Assembly (NCBI GenBank): GCA_046582655.1
Contig: JAYGDX010000113.1
Coordinates: 1-37,346, forward strand
Direction: 5' to 3'
DNA: 37,346 nucleotides
Origin: Candidatus Poribacteria bacterium
GTDB taxonomy: Bacteria; Poribacteria; WGA-4E; UBA9662
This document shows, piece by piece, positions 1-8,569 of this stretch; the first letter of the stretch is position 1; each line of letters starts with the position of its first letter. Both the position numbers and the translations under genes were made by a program. A model generated the notes under the pieces. It did no database searches and had not been told where the DNA came from. It worked only from the letters and a program-made list of their open reading frames with translations.

Positions 1-48
1 TCGAGCACGATCCCAAACTCGAACCTCGTCAATTTCACCCTTAAACCA
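1..48 (-). pseudogene. Out-of-frame continuation of the flagellin LamG domain, running off the window edge
   Basis: The minus-strand frame shifted by one base reads WFKGEIDEVRVWDRAR, the canonical LamG C-terminal motif, directly after ...GSTGPD. Confidence 0.85.
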
Positions 49-1810
49 AGTCTGGTCCTGTACTCCCATCAAATTCCGACGCTTCACTACCCACGCCTAT
101 AAAACCGTATCTCTCTACTCCTGTGCCTAGACGAGACCCCTCGGGATAGGCATCTACTTCCGCATCCAATTCACCGTTGGCATATATGTATTTTTTACCC
201 ACATTGGGGTCATATGCTGCAGCGATGTGGTACCATTGCCCTTCATGCAATTCCATACTACCAGCCATATCATGAACCACATGCGATGAGGAAGCCGTTG
301 CCCATCCAACGCGGTTTGTATTTGATAGTGCATCAAGGCCATGACCCAACCGCCAGTATTCGCTTCTATCAGTTGAAAAGACAATGTTATATTCCGATGA
401 TGTTCCTGCTCCCGGCTTTATCCATGCTTCAACAGTAATACCATTTGGACCCGTTCCTCCTATATTATCCTGATTGGCATCCAGAGCAACATAATTATTA
501 TTGCCATCAAACTGAAGTGCATAGCCTGTACTTACTTGAGTTTCTACAACACTCAAACTATAGTTCCCAGGCTGTACGGAAGCGTCATGGCTGATCCGGT
601 TGATGCTAGTACTGGATAAATTGCTGATATCGGCATCCCCGGAATTCACTTTGGAACTGACTGTATAATTTCCTGGTCGGGTCGTGGGGGAAACCCCATG
701 ACTGATTTGATTGATACTAGTACTAGATAAATTGCTGATATCAGCCGTCCCAGCATTCGCTTTGGAACTGACCACGTAATCTCCTGGTTGCACCACTGAG
801 GAAGCATCATGTCTAATTTCAGTAATCGCCGTGCCGGACAGACCGCTGATATCGGCAGGATCCGAAGCATCCAAGCCGGCACTTATTGTATGGTCTCCCG
901 GTTGCACCACCGAAGTAGCATTCTGGCTGATTTCGGTGATGGACGCACCACTGAATGAGTCTGACGGCAACAAGTTAGTAATATTAGCATCGTCCGTGTC
1001 ATACAAGCGGGCGACTATCGTATGGTCTCCTGGCTGCACAGTTGGTGAAGTATCATGGCTAAGTGGGTCAATATGCGCGCTAGACAAGTTAGTAATATTA
1101 GCTTTCCCTGAATTGACTTGGGACTTGATGGTATAGATCTCTCCGAGTGCTGGTTGGATGGATGAAGCACCATTTTGTGTTCCGTATCTGATTGCAGTTA
1201 TTGCCGCGGACTCTCCTAAACCACTGATATCTATATCAGCTAAGCGGTCACTGACATTAATATGTCGATCGCTTAATGTATAAATTCCCTTGCGAATATC
1301 ATTGGATAGCTTGCCGTTTTCGATGCCAATCCCTCTCACATCGTCCGCGGTGGTATTGGCTCTGTAGACTTCATTCTTGTAATCGGTGCCGTTCAGCAAA
1401 TTCATCTCATTATACCCAGTGGCATGGGCAACTCGGTTGACTTCATTTTTCAGCACCTCAAATTCCAGATTAATGCTAGCTCGATCACTGTCATTGAGCA
1501 TATCCGTAGCAGCCTGAGTTGCCAGTTCCCGCATCCGACTCAGCATACCGCTGATGTCATGCAAGCCACTCTCTGCCGCCTGAATCAGGTGAGTGGCTTG
1601 TTGGGCATTCCCATTAGCCTGTTTCATACCCCATATCTGATTGTTCATCCGGGTACTGATAGCCGAACCGGCAGAATCATCGGCTGCCTTGTTGATTCGA
1701 AGGCCAGATGAGAGTCTTTCCAATGTTGTCTGCAGATTGAACTGCGACTTGGACAAGCCTCTGTAGGCGAAAGCTAATGTCAGATTGCTTTTAATTCTGA
1801 AGGAGTTCAT
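41..1810 (-). CDS. fliC: Large flagellin: flagellin N-terminal domain + six internal repeats + LamG-like domain; ends prematurely at a frameshift, C-terminal flagellin domain not in this ORF
   Basis: The N-terminus has flagellin motifs (LERLSSGLRINKAADD, RMRELATQAA, YNEMNLLNG). The C-terminal part has LamG motifs (ALQFDGNNNYV, ITVEAWIKP, WYHIAAAYD, IYANGEL). No C-terminal D0 flagellin helix occurs before the stop. Confidence 0.85.
   Translation of the reverse strand: MNSFRIKSNLTLAFAYRGLSKSQFNLQTTLERLSSGLRINKAADDSAGSAISTRMNNQIWGMKQANGNAQQATHLIQAAESGLHDISGMLSRMRELATQAATDMLNDSDRASINLEFEVLKNEVNRVAHATGYNEMNLLNGTDYKNEVYRANTTADDVRGIGIENGKLSNDIRKGIYTLSDRHINVSDRLADIDISGLGESAAITAIRYGTQNGASSIQPALGEIYTIKSQVNSGKANITNLSSAHIDPLSHDTSPTVQPGDHTIVARLYDTDDANITNLLPSDSFSGASITEISQNATSVVQPGDHTISAGLDASDPADISGLSGTAITEIRHDASSVVQPGDYVVSSKANAGTADISNLSSTSINQISHGVSPTTRPGNYTVSSKVNSGDADISNLSSTSINRISHDASVQPGNYSLSVVETQVSTGYALQFDGNNNYVALDANQDNIGGTGPNGITVEAWIKPGAGTSSEYNIVFSTDRSEYWRLGHGLDALSNTNRVGWATASSSHVVHDMAGSMELHEGQWYHIAAAYDPNVGKKYIYANGELDAEVDAYPEGSRLGTGVERYGFIGVGSEASEFDGSTGPDLV
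524..1240 (-). repeat. Six intragenic protein repeats (~37-46 aa), consensus A(D/N)I(S/T)NLSxxxIxxISHxxxxxVQPG(D/N)(Y/H)T(V/I)
   Basis: Visible in the translation (e.g. ADISNLSSTSINQISH / ADISNLSSTSINRISH). Also similar at DNA level, e.g. 602-634 vs 713-745. Confidence 0.85.
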
Positions 1811-2184
1811 TTTCTTTCATTCGCTTTTGTTTATATCTGTTTACTATATTGTTGACACTGGTCGAATACTTCAGGCTGGGATTAAACAAATGCCGCTGCT
1901 CCCAGCGATTGGATGTCAGATTGCTTTTAATTCTAAAGGAGTTCATTTTCTTTCATTCGCTTTTGTTTATATCTGTTTACTATATTGTTGGCACTAGTCG
2001 AATACTCCAGGCTGGGATTAAGCAAATGCCGCTGCTCCCAGCGATTGGATGTCAGATTGCTTTTAATTCCGAAGGAGTTCATTTTCTTTCATTCGCTTTT
2101 GTTTATATCTGTTTACTATATTGTTGGCACTGGTCGAATACTCCAGGCTGGGATTAAACAAATGCCGCTGCTCCCAGCGATTGG
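1777..2184. repeat. Three tandem 136-bp copies (1777-1912, 1913-2048, 2049-2184), each containing the flgM 3' end, the intergenic region and the flagellin 5' end
   Basis: Direct alignment by eye: exact 136-bp period, six variable positions, all transitions. Confidence 0.97.
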
Positions 2185-2486
2185 GTTAGATGAATGCTAG
2201 CAGACAGAATCTCACCAGCAATCCGGCTACTATCACTCTGATAACTTCCCTTTGACTGTTGTAATTGTTTAATCTTTTGAACATCTACGTCCGGAAGTTG
2301 TTGGATTCGTGTCTTGATGGCAGAAATTTCTTCGCTTCTTTGGGATAGCACAAAGTCGTCTCTACTTAAAGACTGAATCGGATTGACTTTCAAATAGGAA
2401 TTCGCTGGATTGAATCCAACTTTCCCGGATTGTGTACTGTACAACCGCGAGCTGCTGAGTCTGCCACTTTTGTTGATGGATGCCAT
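2154..2486 (-). CDS. flgM: Anti-sigma28 factor FlgM
   Basis: About 110 aa with FlgM-like C-terminal pattern (DDFVLS...LPDVDVQKIKQL...GSYQSDSSRIAGEIL). Adjacent to flagellin, preceded by a sigma28 promoter and a GAGGG RBS. Confidence 0.8.
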   Translation of the reverse strand: MASINKSGRLSSSRLYSTQSGKVGFNPANSYLKVNPIQSLSRDDFVLSQRSEEISAIKTRIQQLPDVDVQKIKQLQQSKGSYQSDSSRIAGEILSASIHLTQSLGAAAFV

Positions 2487-2555
2487 GTTCTTACCCTCTC
2501 TTCGTTTCTTAAGTTCTTTGCTTCCAGTTTTACCTGAATTATTGCAGATGACTAT

Positions 2556-2584
2556 GTATCGGCAGGAACGGGAAAAAACTTTAG
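2556..2584 (-). promoter_or_regulatory. Sigma28 (FliA/SigD) promoter for flgM-flagellin
   Basis: Minus strand CTAAA-N16-GCCGATAC (the -35 extends as TAAAGTTT), matching the FliA/SigD consensus TAAA-N15/16-GCCGATAA, 70 nt upstream of flgM. Confidence 0.85.
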
Positions 2585-2846
2585 GCCTAAAATGAAAAAA
2601 ACTTAAAAAAAATGAATTTAATTGGATCGGAACAGGATACGGGGAGTGGTATGGTCTGATAGGAGAAGTGTTTTATACAGTGAAAGCCGGCACTAGATGC
2701 CAGTCATATCCCTATTTCTTTAAGACAAACAAGAAACAAATAAACTGGATTCCTAAAATAATAAGCGTTAAAATTTAGGAGAAAAAAAACTGATAGGCAA
2801 TAAACTAAAAAAACATAATCTATCTAAAGGAAAAGGTAAGATTCAT

Positions 2847-3542
2847 ATGTTCTTCTTTGATCCGATCTATTTTGTATTTGTGGCGCCAGGTTTTTTGTTA
2901 GCCGCATTAGCGACTATCTTAACCAAATCTACCTTTGCCAAATACTCGAACGTAGCGTCCAGCAAGAGAATAACTGGCGCGCAGGCCGCCAGAGAGATGC
3001 TTCAGCACCATGGCATTCGCGGAGTCAATATTGAACCTACGCACGGCCAATTGACTGATCATTATGACCCCACCACGCAGACTCTGAGACTATCCAAAGG
3101 TGTCTATAACAGCTATTCGCTCTCAGCCATTGGTATCGCCTGCCATGAAGCAGGACACGCCATTCAACACGCACACAAGTACACGGCACTATCGCTTAGA
3201 TCCGCCTTGGTGCCAGCAACCAATCTTTCAACCGGTCTGGCTTTTCCCGCTATTATGTTGGGCATGTTTCTCACCATTGAAATGTTCGTTCTGATCGGGG
3301 TCGTCTTATTTTCAATGGGGGTTGCATTCGCACTGGTTACTTTACCGGTGGAATGGGATGCCAGCCACCGTGCCAAAACTGCCATGGTGGAAGCTGGGCT
3401 TCTTTCATCGTCGGAAAAAGCGGGTGCCAGTGCCGTCTTAAACGCGGCCTTTCTCACCTATCTGGCGGCGGCGCTAACCAACATACTGATATTGGTCTAT
3501 TTCCTGTTTCGGTTAGGTATTCTGGGCGGGAGTGATGACTAG
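2847..3542 (+). CDS. Membrane-bound neutral zinc metallopeptidase (YugP / Zn_peptidase_2 family)
   Basis: LTDHYDP, ACHEAGHAIQH (HExxH), TLPVEWDAS motifs; several hydrophobic segments; AAAGGAAAAGG RBS. Confidence 0.88.
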   Translation: MFFFDPIYFVFVAPGFLLAALATILTKSTFAKYSNVASSKRITGAQAAREMLQHHGIRGVNIEPTHGQLTDHYDPTTQTLRLSKGVYNSYSLSAIGIACHEAGHAIQHAHKYTALSLRSALVPATNLSTGLAFPAIMLGMFLTIEMFVLIGVVLFSMGVAFALVTLPVEWDASHRAKTAMVEAGLLSSSEKAGASAVLNAAFLTYLAAALTNILILVYFLFRLGILGGSDD

Positions 3543-4021
3543 AATCAAATCCCTACGAATTAGTAATTGAAGCAGGAAAGAAACTGTCCGGCAAGAAAAA
3601 CGCAGACGTAAATCACAGAAAAAGGGGTATCAAGAACGTCAAATGGATGAGTTTCGAGTGGTGGTTAAACCGGAACGGACAAAAACAGCCGTGGTCATTC
3701 TTTAGTAACTCCATCGATGAAGGATTTGATAAAGTTCAAAGATGGCTTGACCGGGGTTGCTGAGAGCAGAGGAAGTTGGTTAGCAACCTCAAAGAGAGTA
3801 ATTAAATCCGCTACTGTTCCTCAGGCAACCTCAAAACCGTGTTTTGATAAACAGCATCAGATCCATCCCGCAAGACAGAAAAGTCTCCTTTATATCCGAT
3901 AATCGGCAAACGGGGAGACGCAATCATTCCGATCCCTGGTCCTCGATCTGATTGATTGAAAATAATACCATCGATCAAAGCCCGATAAATCCCGCCAGTG
4001 CTCACCCAGCCAAATAAATTA

Positions 4022-5278
4022 TCATCTTTCAGCTATCGAAATATCGCGCATGGCAGAAATTCTCTCCAACACAGGAGGATGACTATAATTGAGAAATACG
4101 TTAACCGGATGCGGCGTCAAATTCCCTAAGTTGGCAACTGAAAGCTTTTTCAGCCCCAGAATCAGCGAATCTGCCAAGCCCAAGGTCTCAACTGCGTAAG
4201 CATCAGCTTGATATTCATGTTTGCGAGAGAGATGGTGCATGGCCACGGACAACACAAATTCAATCGGCGAATAGAGGACGCCAAAAAACACAAATCCCGC
4301 GTAAATCCGGACATGATCTACTTCGTTCATGCCAAAAGCCTGAAAAAGGGATCGGTTATCAATGAAAAACGATAGTAAATAAAAGAGCAGTCCGGTATGG
4401 AGAATCGAAATTACCATCCCTTTGAAAACATGCTTTTTCTTATAATGACCTACCTCGTGCGCGATGATGGCCACCAATTCATCAACCGAATGCTTCTCGA
4501 TCAATGTATCGAAAAGCACAATCCGCTTTTTCCTGCCGAATCCACTGAAATATGCGTTTGAATGGGAAGAACGTTTAGATCCATCCATAATAAAGAGATC
4601 CGTTAATGGAAACGCCACTTTTTGCGCGTATTGTTGGATGGCATCTTTCAATTCTCCTTCTGGCAGCGGCGTGAATTTGTTGAACAAGGGAGAAATAAAA
4701 GTGGTGAAAATTGGTGGTGCGGCCACGATGAAGATGAAAACTAACAGCCAGGCGTAGAGCCAGGCCAATTCAGCAGCTTTATCGAAAAAGTAAAGGATTG
4801 ATCCCATAATCACAAAGCCTAAGACAACACTCAGAAGATATGTCTTTAGTTTATCCAAGATAAAAGTCCGAATCGTTGTTTGATTAAATCCGAATCGTTC
4901 TTCAATCACAAAAGTGTTGTACAGGGAAAAAGGCAGTGAAAGCCAATCGCTAGCCAGGAAAAGTATGGAAAAAAAGATTAAGCCAGTCAGAATAGGAGAT
5001 AATTCAAAGCTGCGGACAAAAATATCCAAAACGTTAAAACCACCCATCAGGATAAAAGCTAGCATAACAATCAGGCCAACACTGGAGGATACATAGGCAA
5101 ATTTTGTATTGGCACGGGTATACTGCTGCGATTTCCGGTATTGTTCCTGATCATAGAAACCGTCAAATTCAGCCGGTAAATCCGGAGTCATTGCTTTTAG
5201 ATTGAAGTACCTAGTGACACACCGAATTAAATACTCACCAACCAGTGCAACAATGATAATGCTCAGATAAATTTCCAT
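4022..5278 (-). CDS. M48 family membrane zinc metalloprotease (Ste24/CAAX prenyl protease-like)
   Basis: FVIEERFGFN, DGSKRSSHSNAYFSGFG, AHEVGH, HEYQAD and YSHPP motifs; multiple TM helices. Confidence 0.92.
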   Translation of the reverse strand: MEIYLSIIIVALVGEYLIRCVTRYFNLKAMTPDLPAEFDGFYDQEQYRKSQQYTRANTKFAYVSSSVGLIVMLAFILMGGFNVLDIFVRSFELSPILTGLIFFSILFLASDWLSLPFSLYNTFVIEERFGFNQTTIRTFILDKLKTYLLSVVLGFVIMGSILYFFDKAAELAWLYAWLLVFIFIVAAPPIFTTFISPLFNKFTPLPEGELKDAIQQYAQKVAFPLTDLFIMDGSKRSSHSNAYFSGFGRKKRIVLFDTLIEKHSVDELVAIIAHEVGHYKKKHVFKGMVISILHTGLLFYLLSFFIDNRSLFQAFGMNEVDHVRIYAGFVFFGVLYSPIEFVLSVAMHHLSRKHEYQADAYAVETLGLADSLILGLKKLSVANLGNLTPHPVNVFLNYSHPPVLERISAMRDISIAER

Positions 5279-5317
5279 CTTATGTCAGTATTAAGGGAAT
5301 CGTCGGTTATTCGGAAC

Positions 5318-5935
5318 TTAGAACTCCGGATCAGGAATTTCCGTTTCATCAGGTTGAGTGTCCAGTTCAGAGGCAATACGGCGTTCAGGCTGCCGGGGAT
5401 CGGCATCAACGAGTCCATACAACTCAATCTCCTGTGCGTAAGGGTATCCCCGCTTAATTCCGCTATAGCGGCGAACGTTGGGATCAATACTCATGGCCGA
5501 TCTAAAATCTTTTCCCACTCGTTTGTCATCCAAGGTACCTCCAATGCGGAAACGTATGGCGTCAGTAACACAAGTGGCACGGAAATCGATGGTGGTACTC
5601 TGATTGTCTTTGATCTTCTTGATCCTTCGCCAGCTATCCGCATTGCCTAGACCGGCATAGACGATAATATCTTCGAAATTGGTTCCGCGAATGACAATAC
5701 GGTGGATGGCCTTTCGTTCCGGCAGGGTGAGGATGATTTCCTTCCAGCGTCGTCCAACCGTGTCCAGATCACCGTCAATCATCTCTGGCGATGTACAGGC
5801 AGTTCCTTCAAGCAGAGCATAATTCTGACTCCAGGTCTGTTCAGGAAACAGGCTACTGACTAAACTGCTCTTACAGCCGGAAATTCCATATGCCATAACC
5901 ATGATAAAAAAAATCAGATTAAAACGGATTCTCAT
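5318..5935 (-). CDS. Hypothetical lipoprotein (possibly beta-sandwich/discoidin-like)
   Basis: Probable start ATG 5935 (MRIRFNLIFFIMVMAYGISG-C, lipobox-like). MIDGDLDT and EIELYG resemble F5/8-type motifs. The longer ORF-track start would overlap the upstream gene. Confidence 0.6.
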   Translation of the reverse strand: MRIRFNLIFFIMVMAYGISGCKSSLVSSLFPEQTWSQNYALLEGTACTSPEMIDGDLDTVGRRWKEIILTLPERKAIHRIVIRGTNFEDIIVYAGLGNADSWRRIKKIKDNQSTTIDFRATCVTDAIRFRIGGTLDDKRVGKDFRSAMSIDPNVRRYSGIKRGYPYAQEIELYGLVDADPRQPERRIASELDTQPDETEIPDPEF

Positions 5936-5960
5936 TTGTGTCTTCTTGGCTAGGATCAGC

Positions 5961-6689
5961 CTAGCCGGATTCCCACTTTCCATCAAGTCCCTTCCGAACA
6001 ACATCTTTCTCGCTGTAACCGCCATAAGCACTCGGCATATTAAGCGCAATACCGAGTAGTGTTTGCAATTCAGGAGATGTTATCTCCGGGAATCGCTCTT
6101 CGGTGGCATGAGGCATCCATGTTTCAAAACGTTTCATCCAATAGTGACCATAAGTTGGAAAAATCGCCCGACGGACTTTGTCAGATCGATTGCCGCCACC
6201 CCGGTGCCAAGTTGTGCAGTCAAAAATGACCGCGGTTCCAGCTGGAACCGTCAAGCGCAATTCATCTGGCAGGTTATCAGCGTCTTTCGGAGGTGGTTTC
6301 CCATGCTTATGGGAACCGGGAACCACGCAGATTGGACCGTTATCTGCCGTTAAGCCATCCAAATACACGCCAACATTCAACATCAACGGACGATCGCAAT
6401 AAAAGGTGAAGTCCGCGTGCCATCCTTGATCCGGCGTATCTGGTTGACGAGCAATACCATCAAACTGCAGGAGTTGCGGTTGAGACTCCAAGATCGATTC
6501 AATAGCGGACACCAATACGGAATGATTGGCCACGTCCAGGAAGGTAATGTCGTGATCCAGCAAATTCCGGTACCCCTCCAATTGATCAAAAGCATGACAA
6601 ATTTGAGCCAACAGATCTGCTTCTAACATCCGTTCAATAATGTAATATCCATTTTTGTTAAATTCTTCCTTTTGAGATAAAGTAAGCAT
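5961..6689 (-). CDS. Phytanoyl-CoA dioxygenase (PhyH) family Fe(II)/2-oxoglutarate dioxygenase
   Basis: FNKNGYYIIE, WHAD (HxD), NGPICVVPGSH, WHRGGGN...RRA. Confidence 0.9.
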   Translation of the reverse strand: MLTLSQKEEFNKNGYYIIERMLEADLLAQICHAFDQLEGYRNLLDHDITFLDVANHSVLVSAIESILESQPQLLQFDGIARQPDTPDQGWHADFTFYCDRPLMLNVGVYLDGLTADNGPICVVPGSHKHGKPPPKDADNLPDELRLTVPAGTAVIFDCTTWHRGGGNRSDKVRRAIFPTYGHYWMKRFETWMPHATEERFPEITSPELQTLLGIALNMPSAYGGYSEKDVVRKGLDGKWESG

Positions 6690-6692
6690 CGC

Positions 6693-7628
6693 CTAACCTT
6701 TAATTGCTCCACTGGTTAATCCACCAACAAACTCTTTTTCAAGTGAGAAAAACAGGATAGCTGGAGGGATAATAGCCAGCAGTGTGCCCGCTAGAAAAAT
6801 CCCGTATTGTTGATCATAAAGGTCAACGTATTGATTTAAGGCAACTGTTAACGTTAACTTTGATTGAGTTTGAATAAACACATCGGGAGCGATAAAGGCA
6901 TTCCAGCTGCCAAGAAAACTGATCAGGCAAAAAGCGGCAGTTATTGGGCGTACAAGCGGCATCACAATATTAAGATATATCCCAAACTCGCTACAGCCGT
7001 CGATCCGTGCAGCTTCGATTAGGGTGCTGGGTACCGAAAAGAACGCCTGCCGAAACAGGAACATACCAAAAGCGCTACATGCCCCCGGAACAATTAGTGC
7101 CCAGTAGGTATCCATCCAGTTTATCTTGTGTATCAGATGGTAGAGTGGTGAAAGGAGAAGCATGGCCGGAATCATCATAGTGCCAAGCATGAAAAGTATA
7201 AGGAAGTTTCTACCACGAAACTCATATTTGGCAAGAGCATACCCGCCCAAGGACGAAAAGAATAGTGTAACGACCGTGGAAGTACTGGCTAAAAAAAAGG
7301 AATTAACGATATACTGCCAAAAATAGATAGCGCCTTCCAGTGTTTCTTCCTTTTCAAAAAGCTTTTTTAGGTTAGTAAAGTTAATGGTCTGGCTCGACCA
7401 TTCTGTAACTGGAGGTAGGAAAGTGTACGCCATCAACACTTCCGGATCTTTAAAAGCAGAACAGATCAGCCAGAAAAAAGGAGCCAGGATCAGGGCAGCG
7501 ATACTGGCCAGCACCAAGTAACGGAGATACACTAAGGCGACCTGCTTGCCTCTAGGCATGAAAGGAACAAAATATAAGAATAAAAAGACGAAGCCAAAGA
7601 ACAAAAATGCTAAGTGCGTATTATTCAT
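6693..7628 (-). CDS. Carbohydrate ABC transporter permease (CUT1, MalG-like)
   Basis: EAA loop (LIEAARIDGCSE), GYALAKYEFRG, GLTSGAIKG end. Probable start ATG 7628, just after the previous permease's stop. Confidence 0.92.
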   Translation of the reverse strand: MNNTHLAFLFFGFVFLFLYFVPFMPRGKQVALVYLRYLVLASIAALILAPFFWLICSAFKDPEVLMAYTFLPPVTEWSSQTINFTNLKKLFEKEETLEGAIYFWQYIVNSFFLASTSTVVTLFFSSLGGYALAKYEFRGRNFLILFMLGTMMIPAMLLLSPLYHLIHKINWMDTYWALIVPGACSAFGMFLFRQAFFSVPSTLIEAARIDGCSEFGIYLNIVMPLVRPITAAFCLISFLGSWNAFIAPDVFIQTQSKLTLTVALNQYVDLYDQQYGIFLAGTLLAIIPPAILFFSLEKEFVGGLTSGAIKG

Positions 7629-7633
7629 AAAGC

Positions 7634-8545
7634 TTATTCTGTCTCCAACCCACGACCAATCTTCATTTGCATGAAGCTGATGGTAAAGATAATAATAGCT
7701 AACAACCAACCGATAGCGGCACCTGTCCCAAGGTCGCCTGCTTCAAAGGCAGTACGATACAAATAGCCAACTATCGTCAGCCCAGAATCCTTTGGCCCGT
7801 AACCGGCAACTCCGGCAGCGTTTTGTAGTAAGGCATAAGGCAATTCGAACAATTGGTAGGAGCCTATCGTGCTCATAACAACCACAAAGAGTGCAACCGG
7901 TTTAATAGCTGGAAACGTGACAGCCCAAAACAGTTGCCAGGGGTTCGCACCATCGATCAAGGCTGCTTCCTCCAAATTCTGATCGACATTTTGGAGTGCA
8001 GCCAGAAAATAAATCATATTGAATCCAACATACATCCACATGGCGGCAATAATTAAGGCAGGCATTACCAGATTAGGATTTTCGAGCCATCTTTTTTCCA
8101 ATCCCCAACCAATTACTTCCTGCAAGAATCGATTAAACATACCGTATCGCGGCATAAAAATGATACTAAAAATAATGCCAACAAAGATCTGTCCAACCAG
8201 ATAGGGACTGAACAAAATCAGTCGAAATACCCCTTTCAGACGATCCTTTTTAGAATTCAACAACAACGCCATTCCTAAAGATAACGGAAGTTGCACCAAT
8301 ACAGAGGCAAGTGCGAATACTGTGGTATTCCAAACTGCGATATGAAAATCTCCGTCGGCCAGAACAAAAACAAAGTTTTCCAAACCAACAAAATTCCAGC
8401 TCTTTGGGCCGTTGGTTTGGTAGAATGCCAGAATAATGGCATAAATAAACGGATAAATAAAAAAGATAAGCGTTAAGACCAGATAAGGGCTTAAAAACAG
8501 CCAAGGTGCGGTCCGTTTATTCAGCCGTTCTTCCCATTTTGCCAT
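7634..8545 (-). CDS. Carbohydrate ABC transporter permease (CUT1, MalF-like)
   Basis: FVGLENF, EEAALIDGAN EAA motif, six TM segments. Confidence 0.92.
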   Translation of the reverse strand: MAKWEERLNKRTAPWLFLSPYLVLTLIFFIYPFIYAIILAFYQTNGPKSWNFVGLENFVFVLADGDFHIAVWNTTVFALASVLVQLPLSLGMALLLNSKKDRLKGVFRLILFSPYLVGQIFVGIIFSIIFMPRYGMFNRFLQEVIGWGLEKRWLENPNLVMPALIIAAMWMYVGFNMIYFLAALQNVDQNLEEAALIDGANPWQLFWAVTFPAIKPVALFVVVMSTIGSYQLFELPYALLQNAAGVAGYGPKDSGLTIVGYLYRTAFEAGDLGTGAAIGWLLAIIIFTISFMQMKIGRGLETE

Positions 8546-8569
8546 ATGCTATACCTAATGCTCATTCAT

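Noticed and set aside
1777..2184. 136-bp repeat as a CRISPR array or DGR template/variable repeat pair
   Set aside because: There are no unique spacers and no cas or reverse transcriptase gene in the window. The differences are mixed A/G and C/T transitions, not adenine-specific, and the unit is simply the flgM-flagellin junction.
1785..2200. Three plus-strand ORFs (70, 102 and 71 aa) with repeated sequence
   Set aside because: They are antisense by-products of the 136-bp repeat read in successive frames, with no RBS or family motif.
3780..4025. TGA recoding (Trp/Gly/Sec) suggested by a TGA-interrupted frame and the early TGA in rplB
   Set aside because: rplN, rpsK, rpmJ and rplQ end with TGA at their canonical C-termini, and conserved Trp residues use TGG, so the standard code applies.
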